In this document: positions 1-11,980 of the stretch, in pieces
Numbering within the stretch: position 1 is the first letter of the stretch
How the letters are laid out: each line of letters starts with the position of its first letter
Source: Nymphaea colorata
Taxonomy: Eukaryota
Direction of reading: 5' to 3'
DNA length: 64,000 nucleotides
NCBI RefSeq assembly: GCF_008831285.2
Contig: NC_045138.2
Span: 21,886,001-21,950,000 of the forward strand
Position numbers and translations under genes: made by a program
The notes under the pieces: generated by a model
Seen by the model: the letters and a program-made list of their open reading frames with translations, nothing else
Databases searched by the model: none
Told to the model about the DNA's origin: nothing

Positions 1-1921
1 TCCACCAAATAAAACTACAGGCAAGTGTTCTTTTATTTGAACTGCATGGTTAATCTCCTTAATATTATGGTTAGTCAAATAGGATTTGGCGAGATATTTT
101 TCTTGCAACTGATCATTGCTTTTATTGGAATGGCAGTATATCTTAAAGACAGTTAGCGTGATGTTTCAAGTGGCTAGCCATGTTCTCCCGATCTGCTTTT
201 GTGTTACCTCTGTTATACAGTACTCTGCCTAAACTTTCCCCCTCAAACTAGTTCTTGATAGATCCCAAAGACCAAGTTTGTTCTGAAGTTCTAAAAATGG
301 CTCGCAAGATATTAGATCTATATGAACATTAGAAACAAAATCACCAGGTCCGAATTTTCCCATCGTTTTTTCCTTTTTTTTTTTTTTTACAAAACACAAA
401 ACGGGAACCTTGATCAATGTTGTGCTTTTTTATGGTCCATGGGTTCAGGAAGATGCACATTACAGCAGTTGGATTAAGTATGAGCTCGACATTTATGCAC
501 AAACACCAAGATCTAAGATCATAAAAATAGGAAAGACAAAATCCAAACGCTTCCGAAAGCTTATTACCATAAATTATTTCTTCCCTGAATTTATACTTAA
601 AGCTCCTGAAAAATGGCTTATACTACCTTTAATGCAAAGAAATACCAAATAAGGCAGGATTAAAAGCCAATGAAGTAACTCATCAAGCTGTTAATTCACC
701 ATCGTTGTCCATGATAAAATCCAATGCAAAATACTCAACAAAAAATTGTGTATTATGCTTCATAGCTTGGCCATATTGAACTTTAGGCTTCTCATGGCAT
801 GGAGGTTTTAAGCCAATCACTACCGCCATTGTTCTTTGGGGCAAAGAACGGGCGATGGGGCTAATGGGCGGTGGTGGCGACAGGGCGTTACCCTTTTTAC
901 TCGCGCAGCAAGTGTTGTGAGACTTGCTTTCTTGCAGGAGACCCACCACACCACACACAGACACACACAGAGAGCGAGAGAGAGACGTACCAAGGATTGA
1001 AGGCCTCAGATATTCAGCCGGCGATGGCACCAGTTCTGCCGGTGAGGCGATGGTTCTCACGAGCAGAGCGACTGATCGTGAACAGTTGATGAACTGTTGG
1101 TGGTGGCGATGAATGGTAAAATTGGATAGATCTAGAACCATCAATGTAATATAATATTTTTTACAGGAGCTAGAGTAGGAATTTTTTTTTACCAGGAGAT
1201 AGAGTAGGAAAGCTAGCGAAGGAGGCATGAAGATCATTGCAGAAAATTGTCCAAAAAGTACCGATGATTTTAGCAACATTCAAATGATCAGCTCTTTGAG
1301 AGATTGAATCTCTTGAACCAGGGGATCAAATATGCAACGTGATAAGGAAAACACAGTCTCATGATGAACATTAAGGTAAGAGAGTGAGGTGGCATTCATG
1401 GATGCATATTCGTTTCGAACCTAATTAACCACGTAACTAATGTTATCGTGGAATGCTTGGGAGTTTTTGCTAAGACGTCTTCTGCTTTTGTTTTGTAACA
1501 TTTAAATTTACACTTTTGTTAAGAGAGGCAGAATCTCATGACATTCTCAAGGAATTTTGATCTGATCAAGTTTCATAGTTAATTTGATGTCAACTAGAGC
1601 TGTAACATAAACATAAAGCAAAAACAAAAAGAAAACAACAGCATTTTGGGGACGTTAAATGTTCTACCAAAACAAAACAAATTTTGCATCGAAGAAAAGA
1701 AAACGATAACAAAAGCAGATCCAATTAAATACATCGTGTAATCTTGGACTATGAATCATATATTGCTCCATATCATTCTCCTAGGGTAAGTGAGTGCGAC
1801 TGTTTGATTTGCTGCTTATTCAGCACATGTGTAAGACAAGAAAGGACGCAATCTGGCGATACATAATTAATTAAATCCATGTCGGCCAGATAAGGACGAG
1901 TTTGATCAGCATGCTTGTGAT

Positions 1922-2105
1922 CTGGGGCGAAGCCAGAAATTTTTCATGAGGCAAGCCAAATTAAAGTTTGACTAAGGCCGAAATATCATTTTTCAAATTT
2001 TTTATATAAAACAAATAAAATTTTTTAATATAAAATATATATATATATATTTTAAATTGAGGTGGTGCCAAGGCCCATGCTGGCCCTACCTTAGCACTGC
2101 CCCTG
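1922..2105. mobile_element. hAT-type MITE (CAGGGGCGGAGCC-like TIR family)
   Basis: Ends CTGGGGCGAAGCC / AGCACTGCCCCTG, AT-rich core, perfect 8-bp TSD CTTGTGAT (1914-1921 and 2106-2113). Related copies occur across the window. Confidence 0.85.
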
Positions 2106-2911
2106 CTTGTGATTGAAAACAATTTTGAGACAGTATTATTGACTCATGGCATTGTGCCTTCCATTTCTTTTAATAAGAAAACTAGGGTTAGAGACATTTT
2201 GAGCTCAAAACTCTTGGCCTTGTTGAACTTAAAGATCTCGGCATCCTAACCGGTGGATTTGGCCTAAAAGAGATTGGATTTGGAAAACTTAGTTTGGAAA
2301 TGTCCAACCAAATTGATCAAGAGAGTAATCACAAGTAATTAGCATTGAATAACAGATCTTCAAAAGGTTTGAATGAACTTGTAGTTTTTTCATCTCTAGG
2401 GGATGTTTGTTGATAAGAAGAATTTGTTACTATTTTATGAATCCACCTCAAGGATTGGGGCAAGTTTATGGAACATTATGTTATAGTGTTTCACAAACCT
2501 GCATCAATCTTTGAGACAAGTCCTTATTACCTTCTCCGAACAGCCCCTTCTGAGTCGCCATTTAGTATTAAGTATAACATGAGAGTGTTTCTTGAATCTA
2601 TCTCAAAATTATAGTAGATTCATGAGATATTTGCAATGCCACATATAACTCGTGAAGGGCAGTAAAAATACCCAGTCTACAAGACCCAACTGAACAACAT
2701 CAGTTTTAGATAGTGTGCTATGAACGAGAGGTTCTTTATAGTCACTTCCTCAACCTTGTGTCTTCTAATGTAGTCACTAGAAGAAGAGGCCGAAGTAGAA
2801 GAAGATTAATGGAAGTGAACACTTCTTTTGACTAGTGCCTGCCCAATTTAAATTATTGACTCCGCCACTACTTTCTGTTGATGATCATCACTTGGTGAGA
2901 GGTAGAGTGGC

Positions 2912-3097
2912 CAGAAGTGGAGCCAAAATTTTTTAATGAAGGGGGCCGAATGTTTATAAATTTTGATTATGACCGAAATATCATTTTTCAAAATTTTTAT
3001 ACAAAACAAGTGAAATTTTCTAAAATTTACATATAAATTTAAAAAAAAAATAAGGTGGGGCCGGAGCCCATGCGAGCCTACCTTGGCTTGGTCCCTA
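2912..3097. mobile_element. hAT-type MITE, same family as 1922-2105
   Basis: Ends CAGAAGTGGAGCC / GGCTTGGTCCCTA, internal sequence (GACCGAAATATCATTTTTCAAAATTTTTATA) shared with the previous copy, perfect 8-bp TSD AGAGTGGC (2904-2911, 3098-3105). Confidence 0.85.
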
Positions 3098-3119
3098 AGA
3101 GTGGCAGTGGGTTGGACTT

Positions 3120-3460
3120 TAATAAACGAGATCATAATATGTTGGAGGAGATTATGCTGAAGGAAACAACGTCCAGGCCAACAAAATCAGCTCCAAGGTT
3201 TTAGCTAGAAAAAATTATGATAATGATGATTCTAGAATGGCAACTACCTCAGAAAAGGAAAAACTGCAGGATTTTGTAAATCAATCTAATCCCAAGAAAT
3301 ATGGAATTGATGAACGAATAAGTTGAATATAAACGAAATCTCTCCTCTTGTGAAAAATAACAAGAGAGAGATCTTTCCCATCATGGATGTAGACTGATAA
3401 GTCGAACCACGTTAAAACATTGTTAAGATCCTTCTCCTCTCTCTAGCGTAAGGTTTACTA
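3120..3460 (+). repeat. 5' LTR of copia element 1 (341 bp)
   Basis: TAATAAAC...GTTTACTA. About 14 substitutions by eye versus the 3' LTR, and lacks a 37-bp segment present in the 3' LTR. Confidence 0.95.
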
Positions 3461-3472
3461 TGGTATCAGAGC
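3461..3472 (+). other. Primer-binding site (tRNA-iMet complement)
   Basis: TGGTATCAGAGC directly after the 5' LTR. Confidence 0.95.
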
Positions 3473-3669
3473 TCTAGGTTGATCAACTTGAGCTACATCC
3501 ATTGAAGTTGATCAAAGTGCTGCAAAACAGAGAAGCACTTGTGAAGAACAAGATATTGCAAGAAAGATAGTGGGCCAAATCCGTTGTGCGTTTTCAACCC
3601 TAGTGATCGGTTGAATCTGAAAGTTGGGGGCTCCATTCCTCACAAAGATTTCTTCAGGATCGGAGTTGG

Positions 3670-6600
3670 ATGTGCACCATGTCGTCACAGTCGACAAACG
3701 ATAACTCTTATAATATGGCTGCGGCACCACCAAATTCTGGATCAGACGTCATGAATCCGCCATTTTCAGGTCTGGCCTCTTCCATCATCCCTACTTCAAC
3801 AAGTCTTCAACATTTCCTATCTATAAAACTGTCCTCCGACAACTATTTACTTTGGGAATCTCAGTTTATTCCTATGCTAAAAAGTTATTATATGATGAGA
3901 TATATTGATGGGTCGTTCAAGTGTCCAAATCAATTTTTGCCTAGTGAAGATAGCAAATGGACTGTTTTAAATCATGTTTTTCTAGAATGGCATCGAGATG
4001 ATCAACTTCTACTAAGTTGGATTATTTCATCTCTTAGTGAAGTTGTGCATAGTCAAGTCGTAGGCCTTGATTCTAGTCAAGTCGTAGGCCTTGATTCACC
4101 ATACAAAGCCTGGACCACCATAAAGCGTATATACGCGGCTCAGTCAAGAGCAAAAGTGCAGCAACTAAAATCTGCCCTGCAAAACCTGAAGAAGGGAACT
4201 GAATCCTTAACAGCCTACTTTTACAAAGCCAAAGGCATAGCTCACCAATTAGCTATGGCCTCCAAACCAGTCGATGAAGAAGATCTGGCTATGAACATTC
4301 TTTCTGGTTTTCCCGCAGAGGACTATGGCACCTTAAAAGTCTCCTTGCGCACTCATGTTGACCCTATAAATCTGGAGGAGTTATACTCGTTACTTCTTAT
4401 CCAAGAATCTGAAATATCAAAACCTGCAAGTCTTGAAGACCCTTCAGCCTATATAGTGCATCAACAGCAAAACTTCAAAAATCACTATTATCATAGAAAA
4501 CCTGAGCAGCAAAGAAGGCATCCAGGACATCGCCTTCAGGATAAAGCTGTTAACTGTCATGCCTGTGGTAACCATGGACATCTTGCTTCTCAATGTCGAA
4601 CTATATGTCAAGCTTGTAGGAAATCAGGACATGGCGCAGTACACTGCAAATTATATAAGTTCCAAAAGGAGTCATCGTCCCCAGAAGCATATCACATGGA
4701 AATTACACCTCAAGAATATGATGGTTTTTGGTATCAAAACACCGACGCTACTCATCATGTGACTGCTGATCTGAATAAACTTTCTGTTCACTCAGAGTAT
4801 CAAGGGAATGATCAATTGAGAGTTGGAAATGGTACTGGCCTGCAAATAAAGAATGTTGGTAATGCTTCTCTCTATAGTTCAAATTCAAAATTTCTCATAA
4901 ATAACGTGTTGCATGTTCCTAGTATTTCCAAAAGTCTATTATTTGTGCATAATTTTGCTCGTGACAATGATGTTGTGTTTGAATTTGACGCAAATTGTTG
5001 CTATGTTAAGAATCAGAAAACAGGGAAGAAACTTCTGGAGGGAACAAATAAAGGAGGCTTATATCAGCTGAAATTAGACCAATATGCAGCTCGTCAGAAA
5101 ATGGCATTTGTTGGAGAACGAGTCTCAGTTGATCATTGGCACAACCGAATGGGACATCTTGATTTTAGAATAGTGATACATGTTTTGAATAAATTTGCTT
5201 TACCTATTGATAATAGGGATTATAATAAGATATGTGATGCATGTCAAAGAGGAAAAAGTCATGCTCTTCCTTTTGTTCAAACACAATATAAGATTGATGC
5301 ACCTCTTGATTTAATCTTTACTGATGTTTGGGGACCATCAGCCACTCCATCGTTGCATGGTTATAGTTACTATGTTAATTTTATAGATGCTTTCTCTCGC
5401 TTCTCTTGGATATACATCATCAAAAATAGATCAGATGTTCTTTCAGCTTTCAAAACTTTTCAAGTTATGGTAGAAAGGCAATTTGATCGAAAGATCAAAG
5501 CAATTCAAAGCGACTGGGGAGGAGAATACCGAACTGTCTCCACCTACCTCAAACAGATTGATATTATTCACAGAGATGTGCATCAGCAAAATAGTAGCAT
5601 AGAAAGCAAACATAGACATATAGTCGATGTCGGATTAACACTATTTGCACATACCAATTTACCTTACAAATATTGGGATTTTGCTTTTAGAACTGTTGTC
5701 TTCTTGATCAACAGAATGCCAACACGGGTTCTTAAAATGCAGTCACCATATCAAGTTTTGTTCAACCGCTCTCCGGATTATAAATTTTTGAAGGTTTTTA
5801 GATGTGCCTGCTATCCATGTCTTCGTGATTTCAACTCTCACAAATTACAATTTCGCAACAAGCAACATGTCTTTCTAGGTTATAGCAGCATGCACAAAGG
5901 ATACATTTGTCTAGATCCAGATATGAGCAAACTTCTCATTAGTAGACATGTGGTATTTGATGAAGGAGTATATCCCTTTAAAACTGCGGCCTCACCAGCA
6001 CCACCCTCACCACCTACATCTGTCCCTAGCGTTCCCTTAATCATAACCATGCCTTCCCCAAACCTCTCACCAAATCATATCGTGTCCCTTGTCCCTACTA
6101 TACCCAATCCCTCACCCCAATCGTCCTCCCCTGTTCCTTACTCTTCTCCCACCGTCCCTCCCACTCATGATGTGTCCCATGAACCCACCACACAACCTAT
6201 TCCTACACCTATTTCCAAACTACATCGCTCCCATTCCATGCTCACTCGGTCCCAAACCGGCTCTCTCAAGCCCACAACCTGCACCGCCTCCAAATATCCT
6301 CTCCCTGAAATTCATCTCACCCATCTCCACCTTGAAACTGAACCGCATACCGTTTCCCAAGCTTTGAAACATACTCAATGGGTTCATGTTATGAAAGCCG
6401 AACTTGCTGCTCTCAACAACAATGGTACATGGAGTCTTGTCCCGCCGCCTCTCTCCGCTAATATTGTTGGATCCAAGTGGGTTTTTTGTACCAAACGCAA
6501 AGCTGATGGTACACTTGAATGCTACAAAGCTCGCCTAGTTGTCAAGGGATATACTCAAGAACATGGTATTGACTATTTTGAAACCATCAGTTCAGTGGTC

Positions 6601-7885
6601 AAACATACCTCTATATGTGTTCTTCTCACCATTTCCCTCACCCACAATTGGACGATTCGTCAACTTGATGTTCACAATGCTTTTCTCCATGGTGTTCTTA
6701 CTGAAAAGGTGTATATGGCTCAACCCTCGGGCTTCGTTGATGCTCGCTTTCCTCATCATGTTTGCCAGTTTCATAAGGCCATCTATGGTTTAAAACAATC
6801 TCATCGTGCTTGGTTTCATCGGCTTACTACATTCCTAGTTTCGTTGGGGTTTGATGGTTCTAAGGTGGATCCCTCGCTCTTTATGCGGATGCAGCAAGGT
6901 TCATAAATATATATCCTGATCTACATTGATGACATCATTACTATCGGCAACCATAATGGTATGATTCAATCTCTTATCCATTCCCTTGATCAGGAATTGG
7001 GCATCAAAGATCTCAATCTTTTGCATTATTTTCTAGGCATCCAAGCAACCTTCCTGCCCAAAGGTCTTTTTTTTATCCCAAGAGAAGTATATGCTTGATC
7101 TTCTTCAAAAAGCAAACATGGTTGATACCAAACCATATTCCACGCCCATGTTGACCACCATTAAGCTGTCCAAAGATGCAAGCGAGCCTTTACCAGATCC
7201 CACTCCTTATCGGCAGCTCGTTGGTGCTCTCCAATATCTTACACTCACAAGGCCAGATCTATCATTTGCTCTTAACAAAGTTTGTCAATATATGCAGCGC
7301 CCTACTACTGTTCACATAACTGCAGTCAAACGCATCTTGCGATATGTCAAGGCAACACTTGCTTGTGGTCTTCTTTTGAAACCAGCCAGGAATTTTCAGA
7401 TTGATGCCTACACAGATGCCAACTAGGCTGGAAATATTGATGATCGAAAATCTACTGGCGGCTGTGCAATTTTTATGGGTTCCTCTCTTATTTCATGGTC
7501 TGCCCCGTAAACAGGTTACTGTTGCTCACTCCAACACGGAAGAAGAATATCGGGCTCTTGCATCCTGTTCCATTGAAGTTTTATGGCTCACTTTTCTGCT
7601 CAAGGAATTACACGTCCCTATGCCACATGTTCCTCGCTTATAGTGTGATAACATCAGTACTGCCTCTCCCTCTGCCAATCCCGTTTTTGAAAATCGCAGC
7701 AAGCACATTGAGATTGATGTCTATTTCGTTTGTGATCATGTTGCCAAGAATCATCTCACCGTCCATTACATTCCTAGTGCAGATCAGCTGGCCGACATTC
7801 TCACCAAACTGTTGCCTTCACCTTCCTTTGGTAATCTTCGTTTCAAGCTCAACGCTCTTTCACGCCCATTCATCTTGAGGGGGGA
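3670..7885 (+). pseudogene. copia gag-pol polyprotein, disrupted
   Basis: 1078-aa ORF 3670-6906 containing gag, two CCHC knuckles, a protease with the catalytic motif degenerated (WYQNTDATHH), integrase (DVWGP, QSDWGGEY) and RT (LDVHNAFLHG, YGLKQ). In-frame TAA at 6904-6906 just before YIDD; RT end and RNase H continue in broken frames (7091-7426, 7401-7643, to about 7885). Confidence 0.93.
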
Positions 7886-8263
7886 TAATAAACCAAATCA
7901 TAATATGATAAATAGCTCCATGAGTATCGCTGAAAGAAGAAACGTTGGAGGAGATTACGCTGAAGAAAACAACGTTCAGGCCAACAAAATCAGCTCCAAG
8001 ATTTTAGCTAGAAGAAATTATGATAATGATGATTCTAGAATGGCAACTACCTCATAAAAGGAAAAACTGCAGGATTTTATAAATCAATCTAATCCCAAGA
8101 AATATGGGATTGATGAACAAATAAGTTGAATATAAATGAAATCTCTCCTCTTGTGAAAAATAACAAGAGAGAGATCTTTCCCATCGTGGATGTAGACTGA
8201 TAAGTCGAACCACGTTAAAACATTGTTAAGATCCTCCTCCTCTCTCTAGCGTAAGGTTTACTA
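7886..8263 (+). repeat. 3' LTR of copia element 1 (378 bp)
   Basis: Follows the PPT; TAATAAAC...GTTTACTA; followed by TSD GACTT. Confidence 0.95.
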
Positions 8264-8803
8264 GACTTAAATAAACCTAATTCAATCTTCATGGATACAA
8301 GTTGAGTTTTGGGGCCACCGGAATAGGCAGGCAGACAGTCTTTTCTGGCTAGCGGCTATCCTTTACCAGTTTCTGGCCGGATACCGACTGTCCTCCAGCC
8401 GAAAATGCGGTTAGCAAACAGAGACCAAAGGATGGTGGAGCATCATTTATTCGATCATAAGGAAGGTGAGCCTATAGGACCCAATGGGCCAATGTTTGTC
8501 CGGTGAGCTTGGCCCATATCACGGCCACTCTAGCACGTGTATGTTAGGAAAAAAATCTTCACAAAATTAATCCAACCACTCCCGTTAGTTAGCTTCCTTG
8601 TATATAATACTTAGCTAGATCATGAAAACCATAGCTATTAATTCAATTCCAAATAAAGTCAGTAAGAATTAAACTAAATACAATATGCTCCAAATTCCCA
8701 TGTCCAAGTAAATATAGTTGTCATTGGAAATCTCGTGTGTACGTACACTTGAAATTGGTTAGACCAAGCTAGTTTAATATTGTGCAATAATTTGAGTATG
8801 GCG

Positions 8804-9244
8804 TGTAAGAAATCAAAATGAAGAAATAATTAAAAGGACATGAATTTTTTAAATGGTTCAGCCAATGGGCCTACGGCCACTGCTCTATCATTTCTTGCTT
8901 GTTTTCCTTTGAAGGAGAGACTCATTTATATAGAGGAGTTACATAAGGAGTCTCTAGTTCCCAAGAGACATGACTTTTCATCTTTCAACATACATGACTT
9001 TTTATCCCTCAAGAGACATGACTTTTCATCTCTCAAGAGACATGACTTTTCATCTATCAAGAGACATGTCTTTTCATCTCCTAAGAGACATGTCTTTTCA
9101 TCTCCTAACAGACATGACTTTTCATTTCCTAAGAGACATGACTTTTCATCTCCCAACAGACATGACTTTTCATCTCTCAAGAGAGATGACTTTTCATCTC
9201 CCAAGTAATTCACATTGAGAGTCTTCTTGGTGTTTCTGTTAACA
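8804..9244 (-). repeat. 3' LTR of copia element 2 (441 bp)
   Basis: Matches 11981-12372. TATA-like CTATATAAAT on the minus strand near 8924-8933, downstream of the repeat array. Confidence 0.95.
8963..9202. repeat. 24-bp tandem repeat x10 in LTR U3 (consensus AAGAGACATGACTTTTCATCTCYY)
   Basis: Ten contiguous 24-bp units read directly; six retain GAGACA (TGTCTC on the element strand). Confidence 0.95.
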
Positions 9245-9253
9245 TCCCCCCGC

Positions 9254-11925
9254 AAGTTCAATGCTCGAACAATGAGATTGAGCTTGTTAATTATTTGATA
9301 ATGGTGCTGCTTACTAAGTGGCTTAGTTAAAATATCAGCAACTTGATCCTTCGAAGAGATGTACTGAATTTTCAAATCTCCTTTAGCCAATTTTTCTCGA
9401 ACAAAATGAATGTCAATCTCTATGTGTTTGCTGCGGCTATGATACACAGGATGAGCTGCAAGATACGCTGCGCCGATGTTGTCGCACCATAATATGAGAG
9501 GTTGTGATTGATCAACACAAAGTTCTTTTAATAAAAATTATAACCACATGATTTCAGCAGTAGTATTGGCAATAGATCGATACTCAGCCTCAGTGCTAGA
9601 ACGAGAGACAACTGACTGCTTTTTAGCACTCCATGAAACTAGATTGGATCCAACAAAAACTGCATATCCACCTGTAGACCGTTTATAATCAAGACATCCT
9701 GCCCAATCTGCATCACTGTAAGCATTAATATTTAGAAGTGAACTAGGTCTAATAACAAGACCATAATCAATGGCATCAGTAGGATGATGCATGTATTGAC
9801 AAACCTTGTTGACAGCATAAAAAATGTCTGGACGAGTCATAGTAGAGTATTGAAGAGCGCCAACAATGCTGCGATAAAGAGTTGGATCATAAAAATTTGA
9901 TCCAGTATGAGCAGATAAAGCAGGGGAGCATGCCATGGGAGTTGAAACTCCCTTAGCTCCAAGCATATTTGTTCTTTTGAGAAGCTCGAATATGTATTTT
10001 CTTTGAGACAATATTAGCTTATTGTCAATTCTTTTTGCTTCTATGCCCAAAAAGAAATGAAGCTCCCCCAGATCTTTAATGGCAAACTCACTTTTGAATT
10101 GACAAATAATTTTATGAATATATTCAGGTGAGCTTCTTGTTATGATCATGTCATCCACGTATACCAAAACATATAGAAGTATTTCTCTTTTTCTCAAAAT
10201 AAAAAGAGATGAATTTGTTTGAGCTCCTTTAAAACCAAGATTTTGGAGGAATAGATTAAGACGAGCAAACCATGCCCTAGGAGCCTGTTTTAAACCGTAT
10301 AAAGCACGTTCAAGCTTGCATACATGATTTGGGAAAGAATGATGTTGAAATCCGGGTGGTTGAACCATATAAACTTCTTCTGAAATAGATCCATATAGGA
10401 ATGCATTTTGAATATCCAGCTGATGTATTTTCCATTTGTAACTAATAGAAATGGTCAATACTGTCCGAATTGTAGTAGACTTCACAATAGGACTGAAGGT
10501 TTCAGTATAGTCAATTCCTTCTTTTTTACTATACCCCTTGGCGACGAGTCTAGCCTTGTATCTTTCCAATGATCCATCTGTCTTTCGCTTGATTTTGAAC
10601 ACTCATTTACATCCTACAATGTGTTTGGCTTCTTTCTTTGAAACAAGTTTCCAAGTATTGTTTCGAATAAGAGCATCATATTCTTCTTGCATGGTCTTCC
10701 TCCAATTTTTATCTTCATATGCTTCCTTGAAACTTAAGGGTTCTTTGTCTTCAAGAAGAGTGGAGACAAGAGCTCTTGGAAGAGAGTGTTTGCTAGAAAA
10801 ATATGTATGGAACTCATTGTATTTAGAATTAGGTTTGAAGATTCCCACTTGAGATCTAGTAGTCATAGGATGGACTTGTTCTTGATTTGGTTCATTTTCA
10901 TTGGATTGGGTTGGCTCCTCATTTCCAAGAGTTTCAAGTTGAGATTCACTATTTGTTTCAGACTGAAGTAAGGGTTCCTCTGATGTTGTGGAGGTACTAT
11001 ATGATAGTATTGTAGGGTTTGAGAACTGATATTCATGAGGGGAGGTTAAAATAATAACTTGATTTTGAGTTTCTAGATCTTGAGTTCTAGTTTCTTGAGT
11101 ATCAATAAAAGGAAATTTTTTTCTCATTAAATTGGACATGTCTCGAAATATAGATTTTACTGGTTCGTACACCCAAACAATAATATCCTTTATGTTGAGG
11201 AGCATAGCCCAAGAAAACACATCTTTCAGAACGGTAATCTAATTTATTTTTCTGATAAGCTCTTAAACAATGAAAACATTCACATCCAAAGATTTTGAGG
11301 AAGCCATAATCAGGTTTCTCTTTGAACAATTTTTCCAAAAAAGAAGCAAAATCAAGAATCTTGGTTGGCATTCGGTTAATCAAATATACAGCAGTACAAA
11401 AAGCATAAGATCAAAAGTTCTTGGGAATATTACCTTCTGCCATTAGAGATAAACTTGTTTCAACAATATGTTTATGTCTCCTTTCAGCTGCTTCATTTTG
11501 TTCAGGGGTATGAGGACATGATATTCTATGTCCAATCCCATTATCGACAAGATATGATTGAAGCCCTTGAAATTTTCCTCCCCAATTTGAGTGAAAATAT
11601 TTTATCTTGTGCCCAGTGAGATTTTCAGAAAGTGCCTTGAAAGCTTTGAAAAGATACTGACGTCTGATTTTTTTTTCATCAAATAAATCCAAGTATATCT
11701 TGAAAAGGCATCCATAAAAATCACATAGTACTTAAAACCATTCACACTCTCCACTGATGATGGACCCCATACATCAGAATAAATAAGTTTAAACGGGCGT
11801 TTTACCTTATTTGAAATAGCATTAAATGGAAGTTTATGACTCTTAGCTTTTTGACAAGCTTCACACAAATAATTCAAACAATCATCATAATAAGACAAAT
11901 CACACTTGTTCAAAACCTTCTTAAA
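9254..11925 (-). pseudogene. copia pol remnant (INT-RT-RNase H), with frameshifts and stops
   Basis: ORF pieces 11602-11913 (CEACQKAKSHKLPF, YSDVWGP), 11411-11692, 11102-11383, 10603-11220, 9538-10602 ([36 protein letters not shown]) and about 9254-9447 (SKHIEIDIHFVRE, ADILTKPL). Confidence 0.93.
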
Positions 11926-11980
11926 GATAATCCTTAGGATCTAGCAGCAACACTAACAAGGACCAGTGGCTCTGATACTA

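Larger units (their letters stand above)
3120..8263 (+). mobile_element. Full-length Ty1/copia LTR retrotransposon (Ale/Retrofit-like), non-canonical TA...TA LTR termini, inactivated
   Basis: 5' LTR 3120-3460 and 3' LTR 7886-8263; 5-bp TSD GACTT (3115-3119, 8264-8268); PBS TGGTATCAGAGC at 3461-3472; PPT GAGGGGGGA at 7877-7885; domain order gag-PR-INT-RT-RH. The lineage is inferred from the short LTRs, the PBS abutting the LTR and the gag start (IKLSSDNYLLWESQ). Confidence 0.96.

Noticed and set aside
683..1330. 198-aa minus-strand ORF; plus-strand GMKIIAENCPK resembling an F-box/LRR repeat
   Set aside because: The ORF crosses low-complexity CA/GA tracts with no recognisable domain. The LRR-like match is too short to support a call without a search.
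2110..2900. Possible decayed coding or LINE sequence left of element 1
   Set aside because: Moderate GC suggests an old coding origin, but no diagnostic motif could be read.
8963..9202. CRISPR-like repeat array
   Set aside because: Units are contiguous with no unique spacers, sit inside LTRs of a plant retrotransposon, and there are no cas genes.
8840..9218. Plus-strand repeat-protein ORFs (KRHDFSSL / RDMTFHLS) and counterparts at 12086-12509
   Set aside because: Products of translating a 24-bp minisatellite within LTRs; not independent genes.
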